A DNA stretch of 64,000 nucleotides, taken from the NCBI GenBank assembly GCA_965644315.1, contig CBFFRQ010000064.1, forward strand, positions 1-64,000, in the 5' to 3' direction. Position 1 is the stretch's first letter. Every line of letters begins with the position of its first letter. The notes beneath the pieces are model-generated. The model made no database searches and was not told the origin of the DNA. It worked only from the letters and a program-made list of their open reading frames with translations. The stretch is from Caecitellus pseudoparvulus (Eukaryota > Protista > Bigyra: Bicosoecida). This document shows positions 57,430-64,000 of this stretch, in pieces. A program made the position numbers and the translations under genes.

Positions 57430-59934
57430 ATGCAGCGAGCTGCCTTTGCTGTGGCAGCTTTCATTTTCCGCGCCCACACGCATCGGCACGTGCCTTGCCT
57501 CTCCACTCTTGCAAGCATGTCTTCCCCCCCTCCAGCACAAGCTGCTGATGTCACCACCGTCTCACTCGCAAAGAAGCGCCGAGTGGACGATGGACAGGGC
57601 GCAGCAGCCGCCGCCCCTGGCGCTGGCGCTGGGCAGCCTGCCAAGCCGTTGTCCAAGAAGCAGCGCCGGGCAGCACGGCGGGCAGCCCGCTTGGCAGAAG
57701 CTGCCTCTGCCGCTGGCATAGCTGCCGACAGCACCCTGGGGGGCAACCTCGTCGTGAAACGGGTGTCCAACATCAAGCGCGCGCGGCGGCAGTACGTGGG
57801 GCAGCATGAGACGGCGTATTACCAGGACACAGCAGGCCTGCGGCGAGTGCACGCGTACACGACTGTGCTGCGCACGTTCTGCAAGGAGCGGTGGGCGGGG
57901 CAGGACATGCTGGACATCTTCCAGGACGAGTTCCACGCCTCCTCGGCGCAGTTCTACGCCGATGCCCTGGCTGTCGGCGCGGCGGGGCTGGGCGGCATCC
58001 CCGGTCAGAAGGGCACTGTGATGAAGAACGGCGACTACATGGCCAACCGAGTGGTGCGCCTGGAGCCACCCGTGCCCAACATCCCCCTGAAAATCGTCGC
58101 CTTTGCACAAGTCGTGCCAGGGGACCACCAAGTGGCGCCTGCAAGCGCATCCGCTTCGCAGCCTGGCCAGGACCAAGGCCAGCTCTTGGCCGATGCTCTG
58201 AAGTACCCTGCCGCACCTCGTGCTGAGCGCAGTAAGATCGACGCCTTCGGCACACACCTGCAGGCTGTGGAGCCGGGGCAGGAGCTGAAGGCGTCCATCG
58301 TGGCAGCTGCCGCGGCCTCCGCCGCCACAGGGTGTCTGGACAGCACCAGTCCACACACAGTGCAGGGCGTGGCACCAGCCCCACGGCGCACCATCACCCA
58401 GGACACGCCAGTGGGCGAGCATCCGTGGGATGTCATCGTCGTGAACAAGCCACCCGGCGTGTCTGTGCACTTTGGCGGCGCGTACAAGTACAACACCGTG
58501 GCCATGCTGCTGGCCCACACGCTGCAGCTGCCCGTGACCGGCATGCACTCAGCACACAGGCTGGACCGCCCCACGTCAGGGTGCCTGCTCATGGCACGGG
58601 ACTCGCCTGGTGGCCGAGGCATGACGCGCATGATCGAGAATGGCCTCCTAACAAAGTACTACGTGGCCAAGGTGAGGGGGGTGTTCCCGGCCCCCGGGGG
58701 TAGTTCTGATCCCCCCCCCTCCGCCCCTGCCTGGCTGGCCCCCCATGTCAAGACAGCCTGGGTGCACCCCAGCACAAGGGACGTGCCGGGGGACAAGCCC
58801 CACCTGCCGGACGAAGTGCGGGCTGCCGCGTCGGCTCGCCAACCCGACCGCTTCACGTGCTTAGGAGAGGTGTACCAAGCGGCGTGCGAGGCAGTGAGTG
58901 CTCCCGTGGCGGCTGCGTCTGCGCCGCCGCAGTGGCTGTCTGTAGTGGCCCCCATCGCCCGCACGACGGCCAAGTTCGGGAACATGTGCGTGGGGGGCGG
59001 CGGCAAGTTCGCCCAGAGCCGCTTCGTGCGCCTGGCAGTCATCGGCCCAGACGGCCAGCACCTGCCCCCTGATGCGACGCCGCCAGCCCACCAGCAGGAC
59101 GAGTGCATGTCGCTGGTGCTGTGCCAGCCCATGACGGGGCGCACGCACCAGCTCCGCGTGCACCTACAGGCGTTAGGCTTTCCCATTTGGAACGACCCCG
59201 TGTACTGCGTCCCGGCGACAGCCATGACGGGGCCTGAGCAGCAGGTGGCTGCGTCGGCTGCCACCCTGCACGGCACCACGGCAGATGGTGAAGCCATGGA
59301 CCGCAGCATCAGCCCCGACATTGCTGCCCTGTGCGCTGCGTTCGACTGGCGCCGTCGCAATGAGCTGTACCAGGAACCCGCCTTTGTCGCTGCTGGCCTG
59401 CCCTGTGCCCCCGTCCGCCGCAATGCGCCCTTCCCCTTCCCCCCTGCTATGCTGGCGGCTGCTCGGCAGCGCAGGGCAGACGCCCTCGCACGTGGGCGCA
59501 TCAGCACCAAGGTGCAGGTGGCGGCGTGGAAGGCAGGCAACACGACAGCAGGGGAGGGTGGTGCCCTGGACGACGAGGCGTTCCTGGCGCCCGTGGAGCA
59601 CATTGCCCTCCTGCGCTTTTGGCATCGGGCGCCCTCTGTCGCCGCCTTCAACGCAGTGCTGCGCTCTGTGCTGGCACCAGGCGTGGACGTGCCTGTCACA
59701 GACGACGAGGACCACGATACGCAGGCGCTGCTGGCAGCTCCGCTGGTGGAGGAGTGGTGGACCAAGGTGCCCAGCCACCTCGTCGCCCAAGGCGATGACG
59801 TGGACTTCTCCCCCGCCCAGCTGCACTGCGGCGGCATCTGGCTGCACTCGTGGAGGTACGAGGGCCCGTCGTGGCACTTTTCTGCTTCCCTGCCGCCGTG
59901 GGGCCAGCCAGGCGGCACCCAGCCTGCTTCCTAG
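57430..59934 (+). CDS. RluA-family pseudouridine synthase (RPUSD2/Pus9-like)
   Basis: GLRRVHAY..TFCKERW, VVNKPPGVSVH, HRLDRPTSG, PMTGRTHQLRVHLQALGFPIWNDPVY and IWLHSWRY. Alternative ATG at 57517. Confidence 0.9.
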   Translation: MQRAAFAVAAFIFRAHTHRHVPCLSTLASMSSPPPAQAADVTTVSLAKKRRVDDGQGAAAAAPGAGAGQPAKPLSKKQRRAARRAARLAEAASAAGIAADSTLGGNLVVKRVSNIKRARRQYVGQHETAYYQDTAGLRRVHAYTTVLRTFCKERWAGQDMLDIFQDEFHASSAQFYADALAVGAAGLGGIPGQKGTVMKNGDYMANRVVRLEPPVPNIPLKIVAFAQVVPGDHQVAPASASASQPGQDQGQLLADALKYPAAPRAERSKIDAFGTHLQAVEPGQELKASIVAAAAASAATGCLDSTSPHTVQGVAPAPRRTITQDTPVGEHPWDVIVVNKPPGVSVHFGGAYKYNTVAMLLAHTLQLPVTGMHSAHRLDRPTSGCLLMARDSPGGRGMTRMIENGLLTKYYVAKVRGVFPAPGGSSDPPPSAPAWLAPHVKTAWVHPSTRDVPGDKPHLPDEVRAAASARQPDRFTCLGEVYQAACEAVSAPVAAASAPPQWLSVVAPIARTTAKFGNMCVGGGGKFAQSRFVRLAVIGPDGQHLPPDATPPAHQQDECMSLVLCQPMTGRTHQLRVHLQALGFPIWNDPVYCVPATAMTGPEQQVAASAATLHGTTADGEAMDRSISPDIAALCAAFDWRRRNELYQEPAFVAAGLPCAPVRRNAPFPFPPAMLAAARQRRADALARGRISTKVQVAAWKAGNTTAGEGGALDDEAFLAPVEHIALLRFWHRAPSVAAFNAVLRSVLAPGVDVPVTDDEDHDTQALLAAPLVEEWWTKVPSHLVAQGDDVDFSPAQLHCGGIWLHSWRYEGPSWHFSASLPPWGQPGGTQPAS

Positions 59935-59995
59935 TGCGTTGCAATGCATTCAACTGCCCCGGCACGCAATGGCTGTTCTGCACCTTCCCCCCTCT

Positions 59996-62269
59996 TCAAG
60001 CACTCCACAGCTCGCTGACATAGCGACCGGCCTTGTGCAGGCCGTCGAACCAGGCTTGCACCTGGTCAGGCGGCATGTCGCCGTGCGCCATGGCAACCTT
60101 CTTCACCGCGCCGGCGACGTCAGTGCCCATGTTGGTGGCGCCACACACGTACACGTGGGCGCCCTGAGAGAGCAGCTCCCACACCTGCGCGCCGTGCTCT
60201 GCAATGCGGTGCTGCACGTACACCTTGTGCTCCTGCTGCCGGCTGAAAGCCGTGTACAGCGCCGTCAGCGTGCCGTCTGCCAGCCACCCCTGCAGTTCCT
60301 CCTTGTAGATGAAGTCCTCCTCCTCCCGCCGGCAGCCGAAGAAGAGCAGAGTGGGGCCCACCTCCTCCCCAGCACTGCGCTGGGCGGCGCGCTCCTGCAA
60401 GAAGGCACGCATGGGCGCCAGGCCGGTCCCAGGCCCCACGAGGATGACGGGCGTGGCGGGGGACGGCGGCAAGTTGAAGGTGGAGGGGCGCACGACCACC
60501 CGCAAGCCCTCCAGAGGCACGCCCAAGTAGCGCTTGCGGGACAGCTGCATGGCAGGCAGGGCCGCCTCCTCCTCGCTGCCTTGCCCAGAGCAGGCGATGA
60601 AGGCTGAGGCGACGCCAGTCAGGCGGCGGGGGTGGGCCGCCACGCCCGCCTTGCTGGGCTTGGGCCTGTCAATAACGGAGACAGCGATGTCCACCTGCGT
60701 CGGCTGCACGAGGGCGGAGCTGGCGATGGTGTACAGGCGCGGCTGCAGGCGGGGCACGAGCTCCAAGAAGGCACCCAGGGGGGGCTTGATGGAGGGGAAC
60801 TCCTGCAGCAGCTCCACCACTGACATCTGTGGCTTGGAGATGGTCTCTGCGTACTCCTCCTTGGCGGCGCGGGACACGAGGTGCGCCAGGCGGGAGCGCT
60901 CCGCGTCCCGCGTCGCGAAGTGGGCCATGGCAGCCACGAGGGACTTGCTCAGGGGGCCGTGCAGGTCGCAGTAGTGCCCCAGGGCGTGTGCCACAGTGCA
61001 GGGCATGGGGAAGAGGGGGGGTGTCCCGGCCTTGGCAGGCTTCAGGTCGATCCACTGCTGCGCGTGCCAGTCGCACCAGTTCGCCAGCTCCAGCACGCTG
61101 GACGTGGAGTTCACGGGCAGCACGCCCAAGTTGTCGGCGGTGCCGTAGGTGAGGGTGGTGCCAGACAGGTCCAAGGACACGTGCACTGTGCCATCGCCCT
61201 GCCCTGGCGCCTGCCGCAGCTGCCGATTCGCCACAACGGGCACTTGCTTGGCCTCGAAGAACGGCCGGCTGGACTTGTCCACAGCGCGCAGCTCGGCAGG
61301 CGTCAGAGCATGCGGCACCACGTGGTCGTCTGCCCCCTCAGGCCGCTCGTCGCCCAGGCTCACCAACTCGAACTTGAGCTCCGGCATGGCGGGCAGGCCG
61401 TCTTTGTCCGCCTCGCCGCCGGCACTGGCGGCGCCTGCAGCAGCTTGCAGGGCAGCCCACAAGTCAGCCTTCCACTCCTCCCAGTCGTCGTCCAGGGAGC
61501 CGTCGTCGTCCCCCTCGCCATGCTGGTACACACGGGTGCCGCCGAGGGCCTCCAGGCGGCTGTCCACGATCTTGCCCATCGCGTTGTAGTGCTCGTACTG
61601 CCGGTTGCCCAGGCCAAACACCGTGAAGGAGTACCCCTTCGCAGGCGCCTCGGCCTCCTTGCCTGCGGTGCCGTCTGTCAGCCACTTGGTGAATTCCACG
61701 GCGTTGTCGGTGGGGTCTCCCTCGCCGTACGTGGCCATGAGGTACACGCCCATGCCGCCTGCCGTGAGCATGTCAGGGGTGAAGTGCTCCAGGTCAATGC
61801 AGGACGCAGAGAAGCCGTGGGCACGGGCCTCTCCCTCCAGCTGCTTGGCGAAGCCTTCAGCTGTCCCAGTCTGGCTGCCGTACAGCAGCTGCAGCGGCTT
61901 CTGCGAGGCGTGCAGGGCTCCGCTGGTGCCACACGTGTATGCCTCGCACACACTTGCGCATCACCAGCGCGTCAGGCGTCACGCACCAGGTCTGCATCGT
62001 CACCAGCTGCTGCACCACTTCCACTTGCAGCTGCAGCGCCGTCCCTGTCTCGAACGAGAGCGTGTCCGACGGCGGTGAAGTGCGTGACGTGTGGGCGTGC
62101 GGAATATGCTGCACTGCACTCACGCTCCAGCAACGACTGGCGGAGGCACACGGGACTTGCCACCCGGTGCGCTGGGCTTGGCAAAGAAGAGGAAGTAAGC
62201 GGCGACCAGGGCCGCGAGGACGACGAGGCCTGCCACTGGCAGAGGCACAGGGGTGTCCAGCACCTCCAT
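59996..62269 (-). CDS. POR: NADPH-cytochrome P450 reductase, 2 introns
   Basis: N-terminal TM (LVVLAALVAAYFLFF), YGSQTGTAE, ATYGEGDPTDNA, FGLGNRQYEHYN, RLYTIASS, GPGTGLAP, YVCG and terminal ELWSA. Confidence 0.92.
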
Positions 62270-62558
62270 GGCTGGTCAGGCGTTCGGTAGTGGATGCCGG
62301 GCAGCGCAGCCAGGCACCTGTGCGAAAACCACGTGAGGGTGCACGTGAACAGGGCGCTTGAGAATGTGCAGAGTGCGAGGGAGTGCCACGCTGTGCCCTG
62401 GCCCCTCTCGACGTCGACAGGGGATCTTTGCGCCAATCCAACACTTGACGTGCCAGCCCACAAATGACCCACTCTGCTTCCCTGCCCTTCAGTCTCTGCT
62501 GCCCCCGGCACCAGCTTGCTCTGTGTCTTCTCCGCAGCGCACTTGCTTTCTTGCCGCC

Positions 62559-63768
<1,210 letters not shown>

Positions 63769-64000
63769 GTGCAACTGCCTGACCCCTCGCAGCTCGCCGA
63801 GCGCCAGGATTGACTTCGCAAGCACTGTCGCTTGGCGAGCGGCGAGGGCTCCCCCCCCCATGCTCTGAGCCTGCCGCAAGTGCAGCCACCGAAGACTTCC
63901 AATTCACACTGCAGCGCATGCTCACCTCGCCTTGCATGAATCTCGCCCCCGTTCCATGGTGCAGCGCTGGTGCACGCGTGCACGGAGCTCAGCCAGTCCC

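Overview
Gene-dense, GC-rich eukaryotic nuclear DNA with short (mostly ~60-170 nt) GT-AG spliceosomal introns. Ciliary genes (CCDC96, ARL16, an ASH-domain-like protein) and the overall style suggest a flagellated protist, possibly a heterotrophic stramenopile (inference only). The left ~17 kb differs from the rest. It holds two giant, intronless, tandem minus-strand genes: (i) an RNF213/mysterin-like multi-AAA+ protein (ATG 7933, open to the window edge, >=2644 aa, absent from the ORF track because it has no stop) and (ii) a ~2850 aa surface receptor (signal peptide, RCC1/BLIP-II propellers, IPT/TIG array, Cys-rich stalk, multi-TM). The remaining ~47 kb is tightly packed genes, most with introns: SNF1/AMPK-type kinase, tyrosine aminotransferase, TRF4-like polymerase, FABP-like protein, PP1, PEX12-like, CCDC96 fusion, HSF, TMEM184, ankyrin protein, RAD51D, NUBP1, sulfatase, ASADH, TrmH methyltransferase, PIG-S-like, APC11-like RING, ARL16, RluA synthase, CPR and PRMT1. 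A hexamer AATGCA recurs just 3' of stop codons and is a candidate lineage-specific 3'-end signal. No rRNA, tRNA, CRISPR or transposon was recognised. All calls come from manual translation and recalled motifs, not database searches. Spliced genes are given as start-to-stop spans.
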